Assembly (NCBI GenBank): GCA_963811105.1
Contig: CAWEPZ010000013.1
Coordinates: 64,001 to 128,000 of the forward strand
DNA length: 64,000 nt
DNA from: Candidatus Bathyarchaeota archaeon
GTDB taxonomy: Archaea; Thermoproteota; Bathyarchaeia; Bathyarchaeales; Bathycorpusculaceae
Reading direction: 5' to 3'
Made by a program: the position numbers and the translations under genes. Position 1 is the stretch's first letter; each line of letters starts with the position of its first letter. Positions 28,850 through 38,502 of this stretch are shown in pieces. The notes below the pieces were generated by a model, which saw nothing but the letters and a program-made list of their open reading frames with translations, searched no databases and was not told where the DNA came from.

Positions 28850-30037
28850 TTGAAATACCGCAAAATGGGTTCTTTGGACTGGAAAGTTTCAGCGTTAGGA
28901 TACGGTTGCATGCGGTTGCCGCCAAGAAAAATTAACAGACTAAGAGCCGAGACAGACAAATCAATTGAAGTAATCCGCTACGGAATTGACTCAGGGATCA
29001 ACTACATAGACACTGCTTGGCCATACCATTTAGGCGACAGCGAAAAAATAATTGGAAAAGCACTAAAAGACGGCTACAGAGACCAAGTTTACTTAGTCAC
29101 CAAGTTGCCAATGTTCATGGTTACCAACGCTAACCATTTTGATAGCTACCTGAAAACTCAGATGAAAAGACTTCAAACTGACCACTTAGATGCTTACCTC
29201 TTCCATGCAGTGAACCAGGGTCAATTCGACAAAATTAAGAGACTTGGGCTAATTAAAAAAATGGAAAACGCGAAAAAAGAAGGGCTAATCCGAAGTTTCG
29301 GTTTTTCGTTTCATGACACCCTTCCGGTTTACAAAGAGATAATCGACTATTATCCTTGGGACATCACCCAAATTCAATACAACTACATGGACACTGGTGT
29401 TCAAGCTACAACAGAGGGGCTAACCTATGCGCACAGCAAGGGAATCGCGGTTGTGGTGATGGAGCCACTAAAAGGGGGAACTTTGGTAAACCCTCCGCAA
29501 GAAGCTTTGAACATAATCAATTCAGCAGAGAAAAAAAGAACCCCAGCCGATTGGGCACTGCAGTTTCTGTGGAACAAACCCGAAATCTCAGTTGTACTCA
29601 GTGGAATGAACTCCAAAAAAATGATCCGAGAAAACTGCGAAAGCGCAGACAACTCAGGAATAAACTCACTAACCACACAAGAAATGGAAGTAATAAAAAA
29701 ACTCACAGAAGAGTTCAGAAAAAAAATCGCAGTCCCCTGCACATCATGCAGCTACTGCATGCCCTGCCCTCAAGGAGTCAACATCCCGCAAAACTTCGCC
29801 TGCCTGAACAATGTAACCTTAGAGAGAAGTCGCTTTCGCCGAATAATGACACGAAGAACATATAGAAAACTGCAAACCAAAAAAAACAAAGTTAACCATG
29901 AGAACCCCAACGGCAACGCCACACTATGCATAAAATGCGGGGTCTGCGCTAAGAAATGCCCCCAAAAAATCCAAATTCCAGAAGAACTCGAAAAAGTCAA
30001 ACAGGAATTAGGCAAACGAAAAGCACTATTGTGGTAG
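28850..30037 (+). CDS. Aldo/keto reductase with C-terminal 4Fe-4S dicluster domain
   Basis: LGYGCMRLP, IDTAWPY, VTKLP, GFSFH, QIQYNY, MEPLKGG; CTSCSYCMPCP and CIKCGVCAKKCPQ. Confidence 0.93.
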   Translation: MKYRKMGSLDWKVSALGYGCMRLPPRKINRLRAETDKSIEVIRYGIDSGINYIDTAWPYHLGDSEKIIGKALKDGYRDQVYLVTKLPMFMVTNANHFDSYLKTQMKRLQTDHLDAYLFHAVNQGQFDKIKRLGLIKKMENAKKEGLIRSFGFSFHDTLPVYKEIIDYYPWDITQIQYNYMDTGVQATTEGLTYAHSKGIAVVVMEPLKGGTLVNPPQEALNIINSAEKKRTPADWALQFLWNKPEISVVLSGMNSKKMIRENCESADNSGINSLTTQEMEVIKKLTEEFRKKIAVPCTSCSYCMPCPQGVNIPQNFACLNNVTLERSRFRRIMTRRTYRKLQTKKNKVNHENPNGNATLCIKCGVCAKKCPQKIQIPEELEKVKQELGKRKALLW

Positions 30038-30559
30038 TACGACTTAATGCGAGTTAACATCGACTGGAGATAGACAAGAACCTCAATATCAAGCAAACCC
30101 AATCAGCCCCGCTCCTCTTGTTTCTGGGAATAACGACACTCAATCTGCAATAGTGGTGATATTTTCATCTAGAAAACTACTAAAATATTCTTTGGAACAC
30201 AAGAAATTGGGCCTCGTCTTATTGATTTTCTCCTTAATTGGCTGGGGCGCTTACTTTGCCATACTACCATATGGGTTCTTAATCTTTCTAGCTGACTTGG
30301 CACTGTGGCTATTTGGCACTATAGAGATATAAACCCTGATCTTGCTTTAGACAATCAAGCTAATTAATCTCAGTTTTATGAGCCATTTTTTCACTTTCTT
30401 TCATGCCTTTACTTGCTACTTACAATTAACAAAAGTGCTGGAAAATGAAACCGTGAATCGTCTCATTCTAGCTCGCTCATTGTGAGCGTTTCGATTAAAA
30501 ACCCTTCTAATAAACCCAAAGAAAAGCCTTCCGAGAGGCTGTTTACTTTTTGACCTTAA

Positions 30560-30688
30560 CTATTCACAGTCGACTAGATGGGCTGTGCCGTCTGGACAAT
30601 AAACTTTCTCCCCTACAGAAACATGAACAAAACGGCGTTTGCATTCAGACAGCTGTTTTTCACATCCGTCACAATCACGAGATAGCAT
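30560..30688 (-). CDS. 42-aa Cys/His-rich putative zinc-binding mini-protein
   Basis: MLSRDCDGCEKQLSECKRRFVHVSVGEKVYCPDGTAHLVDCE; GAGGTGA RBS directly upstream; not in the ORF track. Confidence 0.6.
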   Translation of the reverse strand: MLSRDCDGCEKQLSECKRRFVHVSVGEKVYCPDGTAHLVDCE

Positions 30689-31135
30689 CTTTTCACCTCA
30701 CTCTTCTTAACGCGAATTTTCATGTAAGGGTCACATCAGACAAATAAGGATTACCTTTTAGGTTGTCCCTTGCATTAAACCGTCATTTGTGCAAGATAGC
30801 TTTTCCTGGACTTTTCAAAATCAGTTATTGAAGTTTGATGTTACGCAAACACCATTTTCCCCAAAAACACGATTGCTGAATCCTATCCGTCGCTATTGGA
30901 CACAACTCGTTTAAGTAGCAAAGAGCTGAAAGCCTATGTGTAACCATTTCCCTTTTTTTCCATCACTTTTAATATGGTTTGCAAGCAATCAAACCAAGGT
31001 GGCTTTGGAGAAAAAGAAGCGAAATGGTGGCAAGAGAGATTCTTAGCAGTTATTATTTAACCTCAACTCTATAAATATGTCTCCAGCAATAAGATATATA
31101 ATTATAGGAATACAAGTTGTGATGGAGGCAAGTCG

Positions 31136-31513
31136 GTGAAAACTGAAAAAGCTGAAGATTCAAAGCTATCTTCAAATATTCTGAGAATTGTGCTTGCCAA
31201 TAATGCATTCTACTTCTTCACAGACATTGGACAGTATACTAATAGATGTTCAACCTGCCTTACGGATTTTTGTAACGCGATTCAAACGGTAGATGTTAGG
31301 TCGGTGGAGTTCCACTTTGAGCGTGGAGACTTTGCATTATGGATTAGAGGAACTTTGGGAGACAACAAACTGGCAAACGAAATTAACAGAATTAGCAAAA
31401 CAATTCGGGGAGAAGAACTCAGAACAACAATACACCAAACTGTCGAGGCTCGCTTAACTAAACTGAAAAAACTCGAAGCATCAGAAGAGCTTTCCTTAGT
31501 GCGAGATGAATAA
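31136..31513 (+). CDS. DUF5752-like protein
   Basis: AFYFFT..G, SVEFHFERGDFALWIRGTLGDNKLA. Confidence 0.75.
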   Translation: MKTEKAEDSKLSSNILRIVLANNAFYFFTDIGQYTNRCSTCLTDFCNAIQTVDVRSVEFHFERGDFALWIRGTLGDNKLANEINRISKTIRGEELRTTIHQTVEARLTKLKKLEASEELSLVRDE

Positions 31514-31870
31514 GCACACCGCGGTGTCTTGTCCCTTTAATAATGATTGTTTAGCTTTGTTTGATTTGATTAGAATTTAACAAGAACTCAAAACTTCAAA
31601 ATCTACGTTCTTAATTCATAAAGCCCAAATTCAAATGCAGATTATGTTTTGGCAAGAGACCTCTTGAAGACACCGTTTCAAGTGAAGTTTTCAAGCAAAA
31701 AAAATCGTTATTATCGGTATTATTGTGCTTTTTCTATTTTCAATAATAGCTGGCGTTCTCGCTAGACACCTATAACATCTTGTAATTCTCAGAATTTTTC
31801 TCAGGCCAAGTTTGTTACTCTGCTTTAGGAACTGCAGTAGTAGACATGGAGTTTGATGTCATGCAAAAAC

Positions 31871-32078
31871 CTTTTTCAACAAAAAACGCGACTATAGCAT
31901 CTATCCGTTGCTCTGGCAACAACGTATTCCAAGTACATTAACCCGTAGACAGGAACTATTCGGATATAGCACCTCGCCAGAGAGGGGGGTTTGATTTTTC
32001 CCATATAGTTCACCGAAAAAAAAGTAGGCTCTTGAGCCACATGTGGGGTTCGGCGACGTAAGCATGATTTCTGTATCG
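31871..32078 (-). repeat. Dispersed ~200-bp repeat, copy B (contains 54-aa ORF 31901-32065)
   Basis: 21-mer at 31931-31951; synonymous-type differences relative to copy A. Confidence 0.75.
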
Positions 32079-32098
32079 CTTCAAATCATACTATTCGC

Positions 32099-35000
32099 CT
32101 ATGAGTCTATTTGATAATTTTCTTTTCCGTGTTTGTTTAGTTTTGGAATGGTTATGGTGAATTTGGCTCCTGTCCCGGATTCTCCATTCTCTTCAATTCT
32201 CCAGCCATAAACATCCATCATTTTCTTAGTTAGGAATAATCCGAAGCCTGTGCTGCCGCCTGTGCTAAAACCTTCTTTGAAAAGATTCGGTTTATTCTCC
32301 AAAGGCACACCTACACCATCATCCTCATAAACCAACTTTAAGCTATCCTGATCCGCCTCTTCGAAGTGCACTCTTATGGTTGTGGTTTTCTTGCCGTATT
32401 TTCTTGTGTTATCAATAAAATTGTAGAACAGCTGTCTTAGAAATGAATCCGCCAAAACAGTCAGGCCATGACATTGATTTATTACAGTTGGGAGTGAACC
32501 GGAAAAGAGAGTGCATGCTTCGTTTATGTTGTCTTCTACGTTTATCGGGGTTAGTTTTTCTGCCCCTAGTTGCTCATACATTTTGGCGAAATCAAAAATT
32601 CTAACAGTCTCTTTAACAGCCTGCTCCATCTTACCTAACCCATCAACAATATCCGCCTGATCAGCATGCTTCTTCTTGAGTATATACGCATAACCAGTCA
32701 CGGCTGAAAGCTTGTTACGAACATCATGCCTAGTTAAATTGCCCACAACACGCAATTTCTCATTCATCAACTCAATCCGCTCACGATCCTCATCCAACTG
32801 CTCCTCAGCCTTCTTAAGTTGAGATATGTTCACTATAACGCCTCTCAATCCAAGCTTACCATCTTCAAGAATTATCTTTTCAGAAAACACCAATCCTGGG
32901 AACGTACTTCCATCTTTTCTTAGAAACATGAATTCGTTTCCTGATGATTTTTCTCCTTGTATTCTCTTCTGGATGGTTTCTAATGCTGTTTGCCGGGCTT
33001 CCGGGATCAAAAACTTAAAAACATTCATTTGTTGGAGTTCATCTTTGGAGTAGCCAATGATCTCACCAGCTTGCCTATTCACAAAGGTGATTTTCCCTTT
33101 GTCATCAGCTTCAAAAACAATTTCAGGTAGAGAATTCGCAAACTCGCGATATTTTTGTTCGCTCTTCTTCAGCGATTCTTCCGCCTTCTTGCGTTTAGTG
33201 ATGTCTGCAACCAGTGCAAGTGTTCCAATGCTGTTGCCAGCGTCATCCTGAATGGATGAAGCTGCAATATTTGCGTACAGATGGGTACCGTTTTTTTGAA
33301 TAAACTCAAACTCGCATTGCCCCTGGTTGCCTAGTTTGCATTCTTCCAAATTGTGCACAGCAAGATCAGTGTCGGGATTATCCATGAAAGAAGCTAAATT
33401 CTTTCCAATCATTTCACTTTCACTGTATCCTAGCATGTTTGCCATGCGGGGATTAACAAAAACAGTGCGACTGTCGTTATCTAGTGCCCAAACACCTTCT
33501 TGGGCGAGTTCAATTAACTGTCGATACTTCGCTTCGCTTTCAATCAATGCAATCTCAATTTTCTTAGCTTCCGTTACGTCTCGGTAAATACTGAGGACGA
33601 ATTTTTTTCCAGACAATTCAATCGCCTGAGAAGTAGCTATAACATCTCTAATCTCACCGTTTTTGGTTCGGTGTTTGGTTTCAAATTCAGCTATTCCTTC
33701 TCGCAATATCTTATCTATTCTAGCTTTCATTTCAACTGGAGTCTCATCTGCTTTGTAATCAAAGATGCGTAGTCTAGCAAATTCTTCTCTGGAATACCCT
33801 AATTGTTGATGAGCTCTTTCATTAAACTCAACTGGTACCGCGGTTTCAGGGTCAAAAATCAGAATACCAACTGGTGACTGATCAAACAATGTCCGATACC
33901 TCTTTTCAGCTTCCCGAATCCTGGTTTCCATCTGTTTTCTTTCTGTAATGTCTCTGGCAACATGAATTACGACTGTTTTTCCTTCGGAATTTTTGACAAG
34001 GCGAGCTGAAATATCCACAATTCGTTCATTATTGTTTTCATCAAAGTGTTTATGTTCAACCGTTGTAGTTTCTTTGGTTTCAAGTACTCTCTGAATTGGG
34101 CAGATGTGTTCTGGAGAATTACAGGGAGTCAATGAGCGGTGGGTTGTTTCATAACATGTCTTTCCAATTAGTTCTTCCTTCCTAATTTTTAATTGTCTTA
34201 ATGCTTCTTCATTGGTACTAATTATTTTATAGTCATCGGGGTCGATTACTAACAGGGCATCGTCAAGCGAATCTATTATTCTTTCATAAAATTCTTTCAA
34301 ATTTATCAGTTTTACTTCAGCTTTCTTTTGTTCTGTAATGTCTTTTGCGATGTGTACGCATTGAATGAGGTTTCCTTCTTCGTCAAGAACTGGCGAAGTG
34401 GTTATGAGTAAAGGCAAGCCTATGTTTGGGTCGTTAATTTCTGCTGTCACAGTTTGTTTTGTTTCAAATGTCTTTCCTGCGGGGCAATTCGACCAGGGTA
34501 CATTGGTTCTGTGCACAACTTCATAACAATGTTTGCCGATCAAGTCTTCCGGCTTTTTCTTTAAGACATCGCAAGTGCTCTTGTTAACTCTAGTAATGAT
34601 TCTGTTTTTGTCCATGACAAAAAGTAGATCCCCAACGCCATCCAAAATCTTATTGACTTCATCGGACTCTTTGGTTTTTTCTTTTGTTGTATTGTTGCAT
34701 TCGATGATGTCTTTGCTTACGTGGATTATTTGAACTATTTTTCCATCTTTGTCTTTCACTGGGTGAACTGCAACTTCTACATCTACCGGTTTGTTATTCT
34801 TGTCAAAATGCTGGTGAACTATTACGGAAGATTTGCCTGTCTTTATCGTTTTTTCTATTGGACAAGCGTCCTGAGGAGAGGTGCAAGGCGTTAACCTGTG
34901 ATGTGTGGCTTCGTAGCATGTTTTGCCAATTAACTCTTCTTTTACTGATTTCAGTTGTTCCAAAGCAGCTTTGTTTGCGTCTATTATTGTGTAATTAATT

Positions 35001-35548
35001 GGATCAATTACTATAAGGGCGTCGCTAATTGAATCAATTGCTCTTTCGCCGAATTCTTTCAAAAAGATTATTTTCGCCTTAGACCTTTTTTGTTCCACCG
35101 TTATATCAATCGCGTGTGCCAGTTCAAAATACACAGTTTCTGGATCGCCATTCTTATTGACGTAGCGATCAGCGCCAAAATTCAGGGCACTAATAATAAC
35201 TTCTTCTCTGCCTTTTCCTGTGAACATAATAAAAGGAATATCGTTTTTTTGTTCTCTAAGTTCTTTGAGAAATTCTAGCCCATTTTTTGTAGGCATTTCA
35301 TAGTCAGAAACTACAACATCATAACTTTCATTTGCCAGTTTACTGAGGGCTTCATCAACAGAAGAGGCATGATCTATCTTAAAGTTATCCATATCCATTA
35401 GAATCTGCTTTGAAATCTCCAGCAGGGAAAGGTCATCGTCAACATGCAAAACGTTGATAACACTAGTCTTCTCTTCAGTTGAGATAACCAAATCAGTTGT
35501 TTCTACAACTATTTTATTTTGATTGAGGTGTTGTATTAACCATACCAC
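32099..35548 (-). CDS. Hybrid sensor histidine kinase: REC, six PAS/PAC domains, HisKA, HATPase
   Basis: VLHVDDD, VSDYEMP, FTGKG; PAS repeats; LTRHDVRN H-box; NFIDN, EDDGVG, GFGL. Confidence 0.93.
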   Translation of the reverse strand: MVWLIQHLNQNKIVVETTDLVISTEEKTSVINVLHVDDDLSLLEISKQILMDMDNFKIDHASSVDEALSKLANESYDVVVSDYEMPTKNGLEFLKELREQKNDIPFIMFTGKGREEVIISALNFGADRYVNKNGDPETVYFELAHAIDITVEQKRSKAKIIFLKEFGERAIDSISDALIVIDPINYTIIDANKAALEQLKSVKEELIGKTCYEATHHRLTPCTSPQDACPIEKTIKTGKSSVIVHQHFDKNNKPVDVEVAVHPVKDKDGKIVQIIHVSKDIIECNNTTKEKTKESDEVNKILDGVGDLLFVMDKNRIITRVNKSTCDVLKKKPEDLIGKHCYEVVHRTNVPWSNCPAGKTFETKQTVTAEINDPNIGLPLLITTSPVLDEEGNLIQCVHIAKDITEQKKAEVKLINLKEFYERIIDSLDDALLVIDPDDYKIISTNEEALRQLKIRKEELIGKTCYETTHRSLTPCNSPEHICPIQRVLETKETTTVEHKHFDENNNERIVDISARLVKNSEGKTVVIHVARDITERKQMETRIREAEKRYRTLFDQSPVGILIFDPETAVPVEFNERAHQQLGYSREEFARLRIFDYKADETPVEMKARIDKILREGIAEFETKHRTKNGEIRDVIATSQAIELSGKKFVLSIYRDVTEAKKIEIALIESEAKYRQLIELAQEGVWALDNDSRTVFVNPRMANMLGYSESEMIGKNLASFMDNPDTDLAVHNLEECKLGNQGQCEFEFIQKNGTHLYANIAASSIQDDAGNSIGTLALVADITKRKKAEESLKKSEQKYREFANSLPEIVFEADDKGKITFVNRQAGEIIGYSKDELQQMNVFKFLIPEARQTALETIQKRIQGEKSSGNEFMFLRKDGSTFPGLVFSEKIILEDGKLGLRGVIVNISQLKKAEEQLDEDRERIELMNEKLRVVGNLTRHDVRNKLSAVTGYAYILKKKHADQADIVDGLGKMEQAVKETVRIFDFAKMYEQLGAEKLTPINVEDNINEACTLFSGSLPTVINQCHGLTVLADSFLRQLFYNFIDNTRKYGKKTTTIRVHFEEADQDSLKLVYEDDGVGVPLENKPNLFKEGFSTGGSTGFGLFLTKKMMDVYGWRIEENGESGTGAKFTITIPKLNKHGKENYQIDS

Positions 35549-36408
35549 AACTTAGATTGTTGATGAATTGATAATAAATCAGTTGTGAATTCAGAATACT
35601 GAACAAAGATTACGCCAATTAGAGATAGAATTGGAAAAAAAAATTTGTTAACCTTTATTTTATACTTTTGAAAACCAGCCAAAAGCCACAGCTCCCCTTG
35701 CCGTAACATAATATTCCCTGTGGATATGCACAAATTTTTTCTTACTGCGCATTGATGAAACGCTTTTTGCAGAATTTCTTCAGCCTCCTTGAAACGAGAG
35801 CTCTGGGTCTAGGGAGAATTGGGGATGACATAAGTCCTCAGTTTTTAGTGAGAGAAAATTGAAATCTTATGTTTCCAGTCGTTGTTTGTGTTTCTTCCAA
35901 GACGTCACAGCATCAGATTGTTCACTCTTTGGTGATTCGATCTAATCCCAGTATTTCTGTATGGTATTTTGTACAGGCATGCCCACGCCTTTTCCTTTCT
36001 ATTTTTTGAGGTTTGTGGGGTCAGGGAAATTTATGATTAGTTTGTACTGTAATAGTGATCCTTAGTTATCGAGACTATTATCTCGTTTGTTAGATTCTTG
36101 ATGCTACTGATAGAAGCTATTCTATTAGCATCAAGTTGCACCCAAAAAAATAAGCCAGTTCGAAGCGTTCCCAGTGAAGGTGAAGTAAAACAAAAACAGA
36201 ATTGTATATCGACTTTACGCTTTGAAAGCATATACAATACGTGAAGTTTTGGGGCATAAGCTGAAATGGAAAGCAAGCGGAAAGCTACTCTGTTAGCGGA
36301 AAAACTAAAATTTAATCCCATACACTGACATGCCTAATAATCAACGTTTAATATTCGAATAATATAATTAGTATTGTAAGTTAGGTACAGATTTGAGAAG
36401 GTGAGACT

Positions 36409-37695
36409 ATGAAAACAGAATCATTTAATGTTGACAAAAAAGTAATGGAAATCGTCATAGAGGACGACATGGCAAAAAAGAGACAGTTAGCCAAAAAGAT
36501 TTTCGATGTTGCTTACAAAGAGGGGATTTACCCCTCAAGTATTCATGAGTTTTACATGGCTCGCGGCAGGGGCGAAATCGCGGGTTTCACTGTCCCAGCG
36601 ATAAATCTAAGAAGTATGACCTATGATTTAGCTCGCTCAATATTCAGGGTAGCAAAGAAAAATAACTCTAACGTTTTCATCTTTGAAATCGCTCGATCTG
36701 AAATTAGCTACACAAATCAGCCGCCGATCGAATTCGCAAGCATGGTAATGGGAGCTGCGATAAAAGAAAACTATTTCGGTCCAGTCTTTATCCAAGGAGA
36801 CCATTTTCAAGTTAATGCCGCCAAGTATAAAGAGAGCCCTGATGCTGAAATTGAAAATTTGCAGGCTTTAATCAGGGATGCAATTAGTTCGGGTTTTCTG
36901 AACATCGATATTGATTCATCAACGCTGGTCGATTTATCTAAACCGAATTTGAATGAACAACAGCTTCTTAACCATGATGTTTGCGTAAGGCTTACGCAAT
37001 TTATTCGCCATTTTGAACCAAAAGGGATAACGATTTCGGTGGGTGGAGAAATTGGCGAGATTGGGCATAAGAATTCGACGCCAGAAGACCTTCACGCCTT
37101 TATGGCTGGTCTCAAAGAGAAGCTGGGCAAGGATTTGGCTGGCATTAGTAAAATTTCAGTTCAGACGGGAACAACTCATGGTGGTGTAGTTCTGCCTGAT
37201 GGGTCAATGGCGCAAGTTAAGCTTGACTTTGACACGTTAAAGATTCTTTCTGAAATCGCCTGTAGAGAATATGGGTTGGCGGGGGCTGTTCAGCATGGAG
37301 CATCAACTCTGCCTTCTGAGGCATTTCACAAGTTTGTCGAATGTGAGACCGCCGAAGTGCATTTGGCTACAGAGTTTCAGAACATGATTTACGATTCAAA
37401 GCATTTTCCAGATGATCTAAAAAAGAGAATTTATGCCTGGCTAAAAGTCAACGCCATAAGCGAGGCTAAGCAAGGCGAAACTGAGGATCAATTTCTCTAT
37501 AAAACCAGAAAAAAAGCGTTTGGTTCTTTCAAGAAAGAAATAATGAGTCTGCCCCAGGAAACGCGTGATGCTATTGCAGCTGAAATCGAGATTAAGTTTG
37601 ATTTTCTCTTCAAGCAACTCAACATTGCAAACAAGAGAGACTTATTGAATAAATACGTAAACACCCCGTCGAGCAAAGAAAACCGTACGCCATAG
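36409..37695 (+). CDS. Class II (metal-dependent) fructose-bisphosphate aldolase family protein
   Basis: FTVPAIN, QGDH, DIDSS, GEIGEIG, QTGTTHGG, VQHGAS, HLATE. Confidence 0.85.
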   Translation: MKTESFNVDKKVMEIVIEDDMAKKRQLAKKIFDVAYKEGIYPSSIHEFYMARGRGEIAGFTVPAINLRSMTYDLARSIFRVAKKNNSNVFIFEIARSEISYTNQPPIEFASMVMGAAIKENYFGPVFIQGDHFQVNAAKYKESPDAEIENLQALIRDAISSGFLNIDIDSSTLVDLSKPNLNEQQLLNHDVCVRLTQFIRHFEPKGITISVGGEIGEIGHKNSTPEDLHAFMAGLKEKLGKDLAGISKISVQTGTTHGGVVLPDGSMAQVKLDFDTLKILSEIACREYGLAGAVQHGASTLPSEAFHKFVECETAEVHLATEFQNMIYDSKHFPDDLKKRIYAWLKVNAISEAKQGETEDQFLYKTRKKAFGSFKKEIMSLPQETRDAIAAEIEIKFDFLFKQLNIANKRDLLNKYVNTPSSKENRTP

Positions 37696-38502
37696 CATCC
37701 AAGAGGAACTTTTCTAAAATCTGTTCTCAGATTTTACCCTTTTTCATTATTACCAATAAACATTAGACTTAATCATGACTCGAGCTATTACTCACAGAAA
37801 ATATTAGGTGCGCTTAAAAGCAATACTCGCTTCCGACAATACCTCTTACCTCACGTTGATTTTGTCTTGCTTAGAAACGTATACTCGATTCCGACTATCC
37901 GCAAGTATGACTTTTTGACCGCGGAGAAAGATATTCTATGCAACGAGTTTTCGGATATTGATAGGTCGGCTTTCCATGATATTGACTTCGCGATTTTTTG
38001 CTTGCATTTAGTTGGAATCTCACAAGACTTTCACATCAACACTTTGCATAGAGGAAATAAATCTTGGTTTGAGAAATAGAAAAACAAATGCCGATTTCTT
38101 ATGCATATTTTTGTTTAAAGTTGATGATAAAAAGGGCATTGGGACAAAACTTGGGAAGCTCTTTGTTTTTGGCAAAGCCTTGTTTGCTTTAACATCATGC
38201 AAAACGGCTATTTCAGAGTAGTAGAACAAATCCACCTCATCCTCAATTTAGAGATGGGCTTGACGGGCTTTGCGATAGCATATTTTGTTTACATTTTCGC
38301 TCACTTTGTTTTTTCCAACAGATAAAACTTCTTTTCCCCTCAAAATGATCGTCTAAACCGCAATTTTTGAGGAGCTGAGCTGCTTTTTTAGAAGATCTGC
38401 GAAAACCCTATAAGCGATGAAAGCCCACCTTATCGGAACTATGCCCGAGGCGGATTCAAAAATACGGAAGGAAGCCGGAATAGTGAGCAAAAAATTCAAC
38501 AA

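Noticed and set aside
29356-29865. 169-aa overlapping same-strand ORF in the reductase gene
   Set aside because: Explained by A/C-rich codon usage that depletes stops in the alternative frame
35536-36321. Short ORFs upstream of the histidine kinase
   Set aside because: No recognisable motifs; probably remnants or chance ORFs
37867-38235. Overlapping short ORFs between the aldolase and mgtA; possible Mg2+ leader
   Set aside because: No convincing product, leader peptide or riboswitch structure visible
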